Below, piece after piece: positions 26,195 to 37,892 of a stretch of DNA of 64,000 bases (positions are counted from its first letter, which is position 1; each line of letters starts with the position of its first letter). Position numbers and translations under genes: made by a program. Origin of the DNA: Phoronis australis (lineage: Eukaryota > Animalia > Phoronida); the NCBI GenBank assembly GCA_002633005.1, contig NMRA01000199.1, positions 645,950 to 709,949 on the forward strand, in the 5' to 3' direction. The notes under the pieces were generated by a model that searched no databases, was not told the DNA's origin, and saw nothing but the letters and a program-made list of their open reading frames with translations.

Positions 26195-28451
26195 ATGAAA
26201 AACCTTAAGTTCTTGACAGTTTTGATGTTGGTCTGCACTGCCATGAAGTTTGCCGACGCCAGCCCAGTGGAGTAAGTATTAATTCAGTCGACTCATTCAG
26301 TTTTGCATTTGTGGGTTTTTAGTCTATAAATATCTCTAAAAGAACCACGATAACGTTTAACTTGAATAACTGCAATACAGAAACCCACATCAATATTTAT
26401 TATCCAAACGCAAATAAATAAAAAAGATTATAATCGTTTTATCAAACTTCAGTTAGGAATTCATCGTAACAGCAAATCGGAACACGTCTTTGGGACTGTG
26501 TATTTCTCAAATCAAATGAAAATTTTGTCGTAACGCCACAAGTGAGCCAAACATTCCTTAACAGACTTCACAAGTCTTATTTTTCCACTGTTGTCGTCAT
26601 CCATTCTTCTTTCTTCTTCAATAGGGCCCGACAGGATCTCGCCGCCGACGAGACCGTCAACGCCGCTCTGACCAAGCGAGAGGCAGCGGTGTCAGATACT
26701 GCTGAGGAGAAGCTGACAGCCGAACGAGCCTGTGTTCAAGTACGTAGAATGTGACGTCAATGTCATTGTTACATTATTTGCGACGCAGCTCACTTGGCCA
26801 TATTGGCTGACCCACCTCATTATAGATTGTTTGTACCTCTCATAATAATCGCGATTGCGAAGAAATTCAAGAAAACTCGTTATTTCGCTAACGTGGCTGC
26901 GAAGTGCATCGCCACGAGATCAATGTTCAGATAGGAAGTCAGCTACAACAATCACTTCGACATGGTAACATTTGCTAGAATAGTCTAGTTAATTCTTTGA
27001 ACCGTTTAAAAGTTGGTCGTTTTATGGTTTGAATTGATATAAATGTTAAGGAAACATTCGGGGCAACGAATTTGTCAATTTTACATGCAAACATTTTTAT
27101 CAAATAATGGGTTTGGCATAAGCAAACAAGTTTGTTGGAAAAATTGGGACAACTTCGAACAAAAAAATCAAATCTCAAATTTTCAAAACTTGAAAACGTA
27201 AATTTTGATCACAAAGAAACCTTATATTTTTGAGAAAGCATAAGTTTTCCATACATGAAAAATTAAGTTTTCATAATTCGAAAAACTTTAGTTTGTAATA
27301 AGCTTAAGCTATCAGTTTATTTTCAGTTTTATAATACGAAAAACTTAGGTTTTGTGATAAACTCTTAAGTTATCAGAAAAACTTTGATAATACAAAAATA
27401 TAAGTTTTGTGATGAACTTAAGCATTCATAAAGTTTTCATAAAAATTTAAGCTTATATGTGAAAACTTAAAAGTTCTATACTTGAAAAAATTAAGTTTTC
27501 TGAAAAACCTAAGATGTTGCTGAAAAACTTGGTGAGCGATTTGCCACAGGTGATGTGAGATTGTGAACCAGGAAGTGTAGATCCCAGATCTCAGATGCCG
27601 AATTTGAGATAGATTTCTTAAGAGAAAATGGTTCTAATGTCTGCCGTTCAATCAATGTTTTATTCTAAACAACCAATTAAAAGAGATTAATGCATAAGAA
27701 TTAAGACGAAAGTGTTCAGAAAAATTTCGAAGATGCTTCGGTGGCTGGTCCAAAACGGGCACAGTAAATATGAAAGTGACACGTTCACCAAACAAGTCAA
27801 CCAAATAAGCCGATTTTTTCTGTTTGCGAGATTAACTTTTCAGCTATCTTAATGGCGTGTCATGGTGTCACGTAACAACTTTTGCTGTTCACCGGTCAAA
27901 CAAACTAATAATAAACCTGTTAAAGGAGAATGCCATAGAGAAACGACGTATTTTGTATCAACTAAGATCAAGTAGTTCCATTCGGTAACGGCAAGATCAG
28001 TTCTTTTACCTGACACCAGACGGCAGATTTTGATGCGGTTGGTCAGTGACGACGTATACGCCACTACTATGACGGATTCGAACCCACAGATGCAATGCAC
28101 AGCCACATCACATTATTTTTCAAAAATTTAGCAGAAGTTGGATTTTTCCAATTCACATTAACCGCAAAGACAATTTAGCACTCGAGTTCTTTTCTAAGTT
28201 ATGTGTTTTGATTAGTCGGTGTGCTCCGACAATGGTTGTATACACCCGCTAATGATCTGCGACAGAAGAGGGGTAAGATTGATCTGTAGCCAATGTAACA
28301 ATGTTACAGCCACGCATAAATCTGACCTAATTATTATTCATACCGTTTTAAATTTGCACTTGACTGTTTCCGAAATGTCAAAATGACGCCATACTAATTA
28401 CAACTCTAATTTGATTGGCATTTTCACTCTTTATTACAGGTATGGTGTTAG
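26195..28451 (+). CDS. Secreted prepropeptide, copy B (67 aa; predicted mature cyclic peptide ACVQVWC)
   Basis: Exons 26195-26271, 26625-26739 and 28440-28451 (ttattacag|GTA TGG TGT TAG), with the same splice sites as copy A. Protein MKNLKFLTVLMLVCTAMKFADASPVEARQDLAADETVNAALTKREAAVSDTAEEKLTAERACVQVWC. Confidence 0.8.
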
Positions 28452-29699
28452 CCATAGCCAATACAGATCCACCACCGCCGCAAGCTTCAACAGTTCAAGT
28501 GATCGGAGTATGTTCAGACATTGGCTAGCAAATATAAATACGATTCCAAAAAGTCCCATCTCGTTGTTTATTAACGTTCATAACCGATAACTAAATGAAT
28601 TTTCCAAATGCCTAAATTGTATTGCTAGTTAAATATCAAGTTACATGTAAATATAGGCTATTTAACATTTTTAATTTATTACAAAGTGCATTTTAAGTTT
28701 ATTTGAAAATCTACCTCATCCAAAATAATACCCGAAAATTCGTTTCTTCAGTGTCAGTTTCATTCTTTATCATTCAGTATGTTATCGATAATTATTTTAT
28801 GACTTGGTTTAATTTCTGAGCTTGACATTGGCAGAATAGACAACACACAACGCTACCTCTCGCTACCATATTAGGGGAATATAAAATGTGCCACTTGAAA
28901 ATATGAGGAATTTTCAAATATCCACTGCTTGCAGAAAAATCTAGTCACACAGAAAAATTGGGTTAACGAGTGCTTCAGAGCTGCAGTGGATAATGAAGCT
29001 GTTGTTATTATCTTTTAATAGTCCAAAACTTGGTATAGTATAAATATCAAGAATTCGCAATGGAGTTAGAAATATTACCACATAAACTCACACGGAGAAC
29101 GCTGCCGTATGTATTGTTTATTTTTTACGCATGCAATATTTCACCAAACACAATGGAAAGAAAATAGTTACCTCACTCAGAACAAAAATTCGCTGAACAA
29201 TTGGAACCATGACACCAAAGCTGCTTACAGAAACATGTTCCCCAAAAGTCAAGACGTCATACCCGACGAAGGGCTGCAAATATAAACAAATTACCCACAA
29301 ACTAGGTGTACCTTTCATTTTTTCTCTCAATTTCCAAGAATCAAATTGAAAATCATTCAAACACACATATATGTTCACCAGAACATTCCAGGCAATTTTG
29401 ATTTTTACAAAAGTTCGGCAATTACACGTGAATACCACCTAGCCATATTACAAAAGCTTACATGCTGAAATTTTCACCATCCCTTAAGCTGCTGTGCTGA
29501 GCTTATGGGTGAAGGAGAGCTTCATACTCACACACAGAATATCACCTCTACAAGTAATCACCAGATCATATAGATATATGATCATGGAGGATCTAATCGA
29601 TAAGTATGTACATTTTAGTCAAATGTTTTTGACTAAAATGTACAGACTTATCGATTGGGTCCTCCTTAAACTCGATGATAGCTTTGTATATTGTTTGCG

Positions 29700-29880
29700 T
29701 GATCAACTGCTGTCTCTTCCGACTTTGCTCGAATCTAACATTATACTAAAGTTCACGTATGAATTGCCTGTCTCTGAGAAGTTGCCTTTTCTCGATGTCC
29801 TTGTGCATTATTCCGACGGTGGGTTGCGTACTTTAATTTTTCACAAACCTACAGATATTGGTGCCTGTTTGCATATTTAG
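29700..29880 (+). mobile_element. Penelope-like RT C-terminal remnant, copy 2
   Basis: Same LKFTYE...LPFLDVLV...FHKPT peptide as 19150-19329. Confidence 0.7.
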
Positions 29881-30019
29881 AAATGCAATAAGTAAAGAGG
29901 ATCTCACAACAAAAAATAGAGGAAAGTATATTAAGAAAGTCTGCACATGCGCAGAAAATTTAAGGAATCATAGCAGAGTTCCTGCTGGCACTGTTTCATG
30001 CACCTGGCCTCAGGTGCCT

Positions 30020-30315
30020 TCAACAACCATCACGAGGGTAGTGGCACAAGAATTTTCCTAATTGTTAATCATGTTTTAAAGGAAAGCGTAAAAACAAACA
30101 AGATTTGTGCCAATGACACAGATGTCCTCGTGATTTCTGTCTGTACCTTCCCAATACTGCAAGAACTCGGGCATTGGGTACTTCGGTATGCTTTTCGTGT
30201 AAGCTACCTCAACGGATCCCGGCAATGAACTTGTTCTGAATCCCCAGAAATGTTCCTTATGATCTTGTTTTACCATTTCTCACGGGTTGCGACATAGTGT
30301 CATCGTTCGCGCGAA
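30020..30315 (+). pseudogene. Degenerate FEN1/XPG-type PIN-like nuclease ORF remnant, probably transposon-derived
   Basis: HEGSGTRIFLIVNHV...ANDTDVLVISV and, downstream past a stop, LTGCDIVSSF resemble the HEEADTR / DTDV / GCDTVSSF motif series of repeat-associated PIN-like ORFs. Confidence 0.55.
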
Positions 30316-32025
30316 GCCACCCTCGCATTTGTGACGGCCTCGTTCAGCACAATAAGGTGCAAGATATCTGGCAGTATTTAAATGGAACCAAGCACTGGTA
30401 TGTCACCAGTATTGCAGAGAGTCCAGTCTAACGTGGAAGGAATCGGCTAAGAGATATTTGAAAGATTGTGTACTCAATACTTTCCCATTTGCTAAGAATT
30501 TCCAACAGCTCCATCTCTAGGCAGGATCTCTCGTTGCATGTGAAAGATAGAGTATCGCAGAAGATCTTTTAAGTTCAACTAGGTTACTAGCGAATCATTA
30601 CTTTGTGTAGGTGGAAACGTTCTGAATATGTGTTCACGACCAATGGCAGTGTTTATCCAACGGCTTTGCAAGTCTATATTGCGATGAAAACAGTGAAAAC
30701 ACGAATTAGAGATAGTTTATAGATTCTTTGAATTTTTCTGTTGCAAGCATCAGGTTTTCAGGTGTCATGAATATATGAGACGCTGTTAAAATCAACAAAA
30801 TTGGATGACCAACTCATACAGTGACGATAATACCATGACCACGATTGTTGGGTGGCAGGGCTAGGATGGCAAGAAAAAAATCCCGAAAGAACCTTGCATT
30901 TTCAAAACAAAGTCTTTATCATTTGCGTTCATAATAATTCTTAATTGTGCTCAAATGTTCTAAAACAACAGTCTTCTATAAGCTCTGATGCAACGTCATT
31001 CACCCAAATCACTTTCAGACTAACAGTCCTTCGAATACTAAAATTTCCTTTGCACTATAGACTATCAAGGGTTAATCGGAATACAGGATCGGCTAATCTC
31101 CATCTTACCACATCTCGAATAGACATTACGAAACAACAATGAAACAATAGCTGAAAAGGTATTACCATATCCTTGACATCACCAAGAAATAAATTTTGAA
31201 TTTACAAAGATATTGTGTGGCAAAATTTGAAAAATAAGTAATTTTAGTTACATGAAATACCTTTCAGACGATCTGTTAGAAAAATCTTATTTTAGCAGAA
31301 CTAAACACCATGTAATGAAAACGACATTCCCTCACTTCTTCATCTGAAACAAATTATAAATGCAGTGATCTATGCTGCACCTTTACATTTGCATTCATTT
31401 GTTTGGCTTATTTAAAGCTGTCTTCTAAATTTACATTAACATGAGTTTGAAAATTTTTTAAGTTATTCTGCTACATTAAATGGTTCACCCAGTTAACAAT
31501 TAATATGTTGGGAAGCCAACTGTTGCAAATAACGAAAAATGCAATGTTTTACAATGTTTGTTGATGTAAGTCTAAAAACAGGCTGTATGCTAACGCATTA
31601 AGAACCAAAATGACTCTGTAGTTCCTGTGGCTTCATGCGAGTCAAACAACATGTTACACGGGACGCTTTATTTCGCAACGCATTACAAATGACATGTGTG
31701 TCTGTCCGTCCGTCCGTGGAACTGGAAGATGCAAAATATTCAGTAACAGTTCACGGATACATAATTCGCAAAGTAGAACGCATTTAAAGACAAATTGCAA
31801 GCAAAACGGCAACTGACAGTAAATGTTACCTTAATGATGTCTTGAGACTCGCGCAGTGACTAGAACACATCTGACCAATGTGACAATATTCGCAAGAGTG
31901 CCTGAACATGCTGTATAACCTGGGCTCAGTCTCAGGGACCTGAGCGCACTCGGTCATTCATAAACAAAATAGTATTCACAGAACTCATAGCACAATGCGC
32001 AGTAGACGGAGCTAACTTCATTCAC

Positions 32026-33280
32026 ATTCAGCTGCCTCTAGCATCAATCACGGAGGAGTTTAAAGTAGGAAAGTGCAGGCTGGTTCTCACATTACGTGAC
32101 TCTAGAGATCCAAAGGTGAGGGATGCTGGCGTCATGACAAGATCAGGGAGACGGTGGTCAGCAGACACATCTGTGAGCCAGGCGGAGAGTTTGTTACAGA
32201 TCAGAGATATAATTGGAAGCACCTGCGTAGGACGCCAGGGGTTGGGGACATCCCAGTTCCAGCAGTGGGAAAAAGCGAGTGAGAGGCAGCGGAGGGAGAT
32301 GGTCCAAGCTGAGGTGAGAGCAGCGGAGGAGGAAGCCCGTAAAGCCAAGGCAGTCCAACTAAGCCAGCAGGGAGCATGGACCAGGTGGAACCTTCCAGAG
32401 AGGAAAATATCGTGGGCAGACGTTTGGAGTATGGAGCCGATGCGTGTCCAGTTTCTACTTCGCTCGGTTTACGACGTGTTACCATCGCCTGCAAACCTTC
32501 TTCGCTGGGGCCTAGTGGATGACCCAGCCTGCCAGTTGTGCGGAGGAAGAGGTACGTTGGCCCACATCTTATCAGGGTGTAAGATGGCACTACAGCAGGG
32601 CCGATACAGATGGCGTCATGACCAAGTACTGAAGACCCTTGCAGACATCATAGATGGAGAGCGTAAGACAAGAGTAACACAGCCTAGGGCAAGCAGACAG
32701 CACATACAATTCGTCAGGGAAGGTGAGATACGGAAGAAGTCACGTCAGCAGCCTTGCATCCTGGATGGAGTAAGCTGGGAAATGAGAGTAGATCTGGGAA
32801 GAAAGCTTGTGTTCCCGAGTATTGTGGAAACATCACTTCGGCCTGACATCATTCTGTGGTCGGACATTCATCAATGTATAGTGATTATAGAGCTTACGGT
32901 GCCTTGGGAGGAAGGATGCGAAGAGGCCCATGAGAGGAAATTATCTAAGTATAGCGAGCTGGCGGAGACATGTAGAGCTCGGGGCTGGCGAACTTGGTTG
33001 TTTCCTGTAGAGGTGGGATGTAGAGGATTCCCTGCAAGATCTGTATGGTGGTTGCTGGAGAAGATTGGTGTGCGAGGGGGAAGGAAGAAAGCTGCAGTGA
33101 GAAGACTGGGCGAGACAGCTGAGAGGACATCTTGTTGGCTGTGGTACCGTCGGAATGAAGGAAGTTGGAGGCCTCAGTGATGCACAGTGGGTTGGCCGCC
33201 ACTGTGGACCCACCAGTGGAGACCGTTATGGTTTAGGGTCGAAACGAGTCAAGGAAGCTGGATGCCATCTGACGACATCA
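32026..33280 (+). mobile_element. 5'-truncated non-LTR retrotransposon with restriction-like endonuclease (HERO/NeSL-like)
   Basis: Uninterrupted GC-rich frame ~32026-33180 with a CCHC knuckle CQLCGGRGTLAHILSGC, RYRWRHDQVL, and the PD-(D/E)xK-type RLE motif RPDIILWS...IIELTVPWEE...ERKLSKY. The RT domain is absent. Short 3' UTR with an approximate end. Confidence 0.9.
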
Positions 33281-36200
33281 AGCTACGCCTCCAACTAGTT
33301 AGTGTACGACGGGTAGAAGTGAATCCTGGTTTAGCTGTTACGAAGAAGGGGCGACAAGACGTCAGACTACATAGAAGCCTGACAACTATTGAGGCAGATA
33401 ACATCACTGTAAGTACACACACATGAAAGTATTAAATCAAAGTAGCGATTAATTATGATCTCGCACTCACGAGTTTAAAAAATAAAATTAGAGAAACCTT
33501 GCGATAATGTATATGTATATTTCCCATAATACTTTATTTATGTGAAACTCACGCCACCTTCCTAACTCACCCATATGAAGTTGGATGTTTTCCTACTCTG
33601 AGAAAACAAGCACCAAATTCTACCTTCATCTGTATCATTGTCACTTGAACTGAATGGATTGACAACATTTTCATCTGAAAAAAATCAAAACTGTCAATAG
33701 AAATGAAAGAAATAGAAAGCTCTGTAAAGCAGACAAAGCTCTCTTGAAATTATGGTTATTCAACGAACAACAACCTGAACAAGCTACGAACACTTAGTTT
33801 CATGTTGCAAATTATTCTTGGTAACTAACGAGTTGGTAACGCAAGATAAAATTCCCCTTCTTCTTCGGACTATTGACCAATCGAGCCACAAAATCTTTGG
33901 ACCAACCATCCCTTAATTATTGAGTCTTTTCAGCAGACATCAAAGTTACTAAAAGAATTCAAAGATATTTTAGGTATTTTGCACATGGTCTGGTCTGGTG
34001 TTTGTGCCGGCCTTTTAATGACAACAGAAAATATGTTTAGTGAATACACATTCTAGGCACATGGTTAGTAAAGATTTGAGAATCTATATATTATGACAAT
34101 TCAGACAAAATAACTTCAGTAAATCATTTTATCCAATAATTTCCCATTTCAAGTTTAAGATTTAGTTTCCAGTCACTGACTTGATAATTGATCACTCAAA
34201 TTAAATCTGTGTGAAAACATGTACTGTTTCATGCTACATCTAAGTATAAACTCACATTTAAAGAACTGGGCAAGCAACGCAGCACATATATACCTTTGGT
34301 CGCTAATTTTCCAGGCTTGTTTGAAGTTTAAAATATTTTTGAGAAAAAGTTTGTGCTTGACAATTTAGGAGTGAACCGGACCAAGGTGTAAAAGTTTTAT
34401 GAGCGATTTAACTCAATCCTTCAAGATATGCTTTAGTGGAAATCCTAGTAAGTACATATTCTTATTTTCTTCTGATTGGAATTTGTTACATGTAGAATTA
34501 CTACTTAGTTATTTGATCGAGGGATTCCATTCGAGAGAACATTTTGTAGCGTTCCAGTCCACAAAATGGACAGGGCACCCATTTGTAAGGAATTCTCTCA
34601 GAAAAGGCACCATTTCGTAGTGAATCTGGAAAATCTTACGAAGTGCAATTATTCTCAGCGATATAAAGCATAGAAATCTACGGCTCTCTGAAGTTTTTAT
34701 AGTAAAAAGAATTCTTCAACTCATAGTAAAGAGGTGGTTAGATTTTGAAATATTTTTAGGAGGGACAGATGCAAGTATTTGGCAGCATCTTCTGCTTTAG
34801 GAATAGTTTCTAGGACCCTGCCAAATGCATGTTAGCCATCCATTATGCCAATCGGATACTTGAATTTGCAATTACTTAAATAATCAAAATATTAAAATAT
34901 AAAGGAATTTCAAAGACATGAAATTGCAATTATTTAAATATTTTGATTATAAAGTAAATTGAAAGACTTACCATAGACTTAGATCTTGAATGTACCATCT
35001 TCTACACAAACATACTCGTTTCAGATAAAACGAAGTAAAACTTGTCTCAACTGAAACTCTAAAACGTATGTTCAACTCCAACTCTATAACACTAAAATTA
35101 AAACCTCAGAGGCTTATTACAGTGGAAGGTCAAGTAACTTATATCCTGCATGGCCATTACATGGTTCGTCAACGCCTTGTTCGTTTTTATAAATGACAAA
35201 TGCTTCACCAAACTGAATTTGTGACAAAAAGTTGACGCTGGGTGGGCTTTTAAGAGGAAAATTTCCAAATAAGCAACCCACTGTCTGGAGACTTGACACC
35301 ACAAAATGTAACACCGAATAAAAGCCCATGGGCGTTTTATCGTATGGGCTTATCTCCGGGAAACACCGGTATGCGTACTTCAACATTTCTAATTGTCTCT
35401 CATTTCTCTCACTCTGATTTTTTCCAATTGCTATTTCAGTTGCAAACCTTTCCCGTATACCAGGTTACCTTTATAAAATGCGAAAATGGAATGTCAGGTG
35501 TATTCAGTAGTGGACAATGTCCTGCTCAGTGTGATGATCAATGGGCATTGAGTTCACAAGTCTATCTGCGTTGTGACTCATGTTCCACCAATTCGTTTTG
35601 AAATAGTATACTTTTATGCTTATCTCGTTTGAATTTACATGTTTGCCGACCACATCTTTCACTGACACAAATACACAAACATAGTTCACCGTAGTCTTAA
35701 ACACGACTATAATAGGCTGGTTGTTGGACAAAAGTGAAATGCCATTTACTAATCTTCGGATAAATCAACGATAACATTGCTTTTAGCATTAGCTGGGTTA
35801 AAATTCAAGCGCGTCCCAGTCTCTCAATAACTTTTACACTTGCGAGATTTAGCGAGCATGTGACGTATCACAACTTAGTTCTTACCGGCGTTGTAGTTTT
35901 TACATTACAAATCTTTCATGTCTCAGCAGCCTTGGGAACTATTAGATTATTGGGTGCTATTTTTGTACCGCTAAGCACTTGCCACTCTTGGAGTATAATT
36001 GTGCAGCTCAGCTGATCTGAGATGTTCTTGAAGTTGTGAAACTACAATTTCACGAGTAAGAGACTTTTTGTGAGGGGCTGGGGTTAAAGAAAGGTAACTA
36101 GAAGCGTCCTTTCTATACAATAAAATAGCTGGTCTAAAGCATTTTATTGTATCCTTAGGCCTGTTCTACGAGAGTATCCTCCGCGTGATACCCTTGAGAA

Positions 36201-36634
36201 AAGCCAGCAACGTTTACTTCTTAGATGGAAAACCAATAACAACGGGAGCTGGAGTTATAAAAGAACAACAATGATTTTACCAGTGTTCACTAACCCTTAC
36301 CAAGAACAAAACGAATCTAAAATCCTTGTGCCAGCTATTTGCATGCGTATTTCATGCGGCTTCTCTGCGCATCGGTGGTGAGCACTTGGCCCATACGTTT
36401 ACTTCATTCTCACAACTGTAAATTATTATGTCGCTGATGTAACCATGCAGATAGTAACCTAAGGCCCTTCTCTCGACTCTTTCCCCAAAATTATCTCCTT
36501 TCGGAAAATAGCTGACTAAAAAGTCGTCGGGAATTGTCTCCAGATTACCCGTGTCATCTGCACTACCAGACGCAATTTTCTTCTTGGCTTGTGACGCGTG
36601 GCAACCAATGTGCTATATTGCATTATGTAACTAT

Positions 36635-36930
36635 AGGCGGATTTAGGGGGAGGGGGCCCAGCCCCCGTTGACTGCCGCAAGCAAAATCAGATAGCAAAAA
36701 TAGCAACATCGTGAAGCGTGAGGAAATATTGAGTTCATTAACGGGCGGATGAGGGGGGCTCAGACCACGGCGGAATCGTATTCCGGTTTTTGTTTAGTCC
36801 ACCGATAGATTTTGTGAACAGAGGGTCCACATCCCCGGCCCCCGCAACTGTGCACATACAATCGCGATTTACCCAATTGCCGATGCAACATGTTGCCCCC
36901 CCCCCTTATCGTATCCTAGGTTCGCCGCTG
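36635..36930. mobile_element. hAT-like MITE
   Basis: Left end aggcggatttaggggg versus reverse-complemented right end cagcggcgaacctagga. Flanks gtaactat and ttaactat match 7/8, consistent with an 8-bp TSD. G-runs and C-runs lie subterminally. Confidence 0.55.
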
Positions 36931-37886
36931 TTAACTATAACATATTGGTAGATAGAAAAAGGTTAGCCCATTGGTACATCATAAATGAAACATCGCTCAC
37001 AATGTGTTCATCAAACTTCCTTCGTGGATTGCTTTTGTTTCAAACATTGCTAAACTTAAGACTATACATTCTGAACCTCAGTGGCACAACGTACAAATTT
37101 CAGTTGTGTGATAACATTTCTTTGTTAGCGATCACCACAAACCAAATTACGAATGACAATCATCTAATATTTCGAATACGTTGAATGTTTCGTACAATGG
37201 AAAATTTTGATTCCAAAATTCTTTTCTCAAATTTTTGACTTCATGTCAATGGCTTGAATCTTAGTGTTTTAATTAATTTCTTTAAGATTCGAAAAGCTTC
37301 AATATTGAGTTTGACAATATTTAATTGTTTGACCGGTAAAGAGTATAGCCTTTTCAGTAATAGGTGCACGTTTAACTCAAGGCGTACTTGTTTGAGGCTT
37401 TTACAATGTGCAACATTAATTTCGTTTAGAAATCTGAACGATTTAGGACTGTTCTAAAACCCCCTCAACCCCCACACCCCTCGACCCACAACCCCCTCGA
37501 CTACCGTCAAGTTTGCCTTCTGCCTTCTGTAAATAATAGGACTTTTGACTTAGTGAGGCCAGTTGTCATTACAAAATAGGTCTGAAATTGTTTCTGACTT
37601 ATATTCGAAGACATTTTTGAGCTTAGAAGAAATGAAAGTAAGTTATTGCTCGAGACCACACTCGATAAATTGGAAGACCTTGTTGGTCATTTTACATGCA
37701 GTGCATGGCCTCGGGCAACACAAACTATTCAGTTTTTGGAGCCTAGAAGTTACTTCTAACGGTAGTAAGGGACACCCAGTTGAGATCATTTTAATATCAG
37801 TGGGCTACATCAAAATTCTATTGACTTAAAGGGTGATGAAACAACAGACACACCACATACCAATAACTAACATCAAAATTGTTGAT

Positions 37887-37892
37887 TTTATT
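37887..37892 (-). terminator. Candidate poly(A) signal of the ABCA gene (3' UTR ~2.6 kb)
   Basis: AATAAA on the minus strand followed by a GT-rich tract (ttgatgttagttattggtatgtggttgtgtctgttgtttc). Other AATAAA sites are possible. Confidence 0.35.

Larger units (their letters stand above)
6501..30183. repeat. Tandem segmental duplication array (unit ~11-12 kb, three LINE-bearing blocks, two visible peptide-gene blocks)
   Basis: 6501-10683 matches 19628-23592, and 12072-14533 matches the distal part of the first block. 14533-19631 matches 25068-30183. 11527-11672 matches 24060-24212. The paired near-identical ORFs in the ORF track agree. Confidence 0.92.

Noticed and set aside
32028-33213. Minus-strand ORFs over the retrotransposon
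   Set aside because: They are antisense shadows of a GC-rich coding frame.
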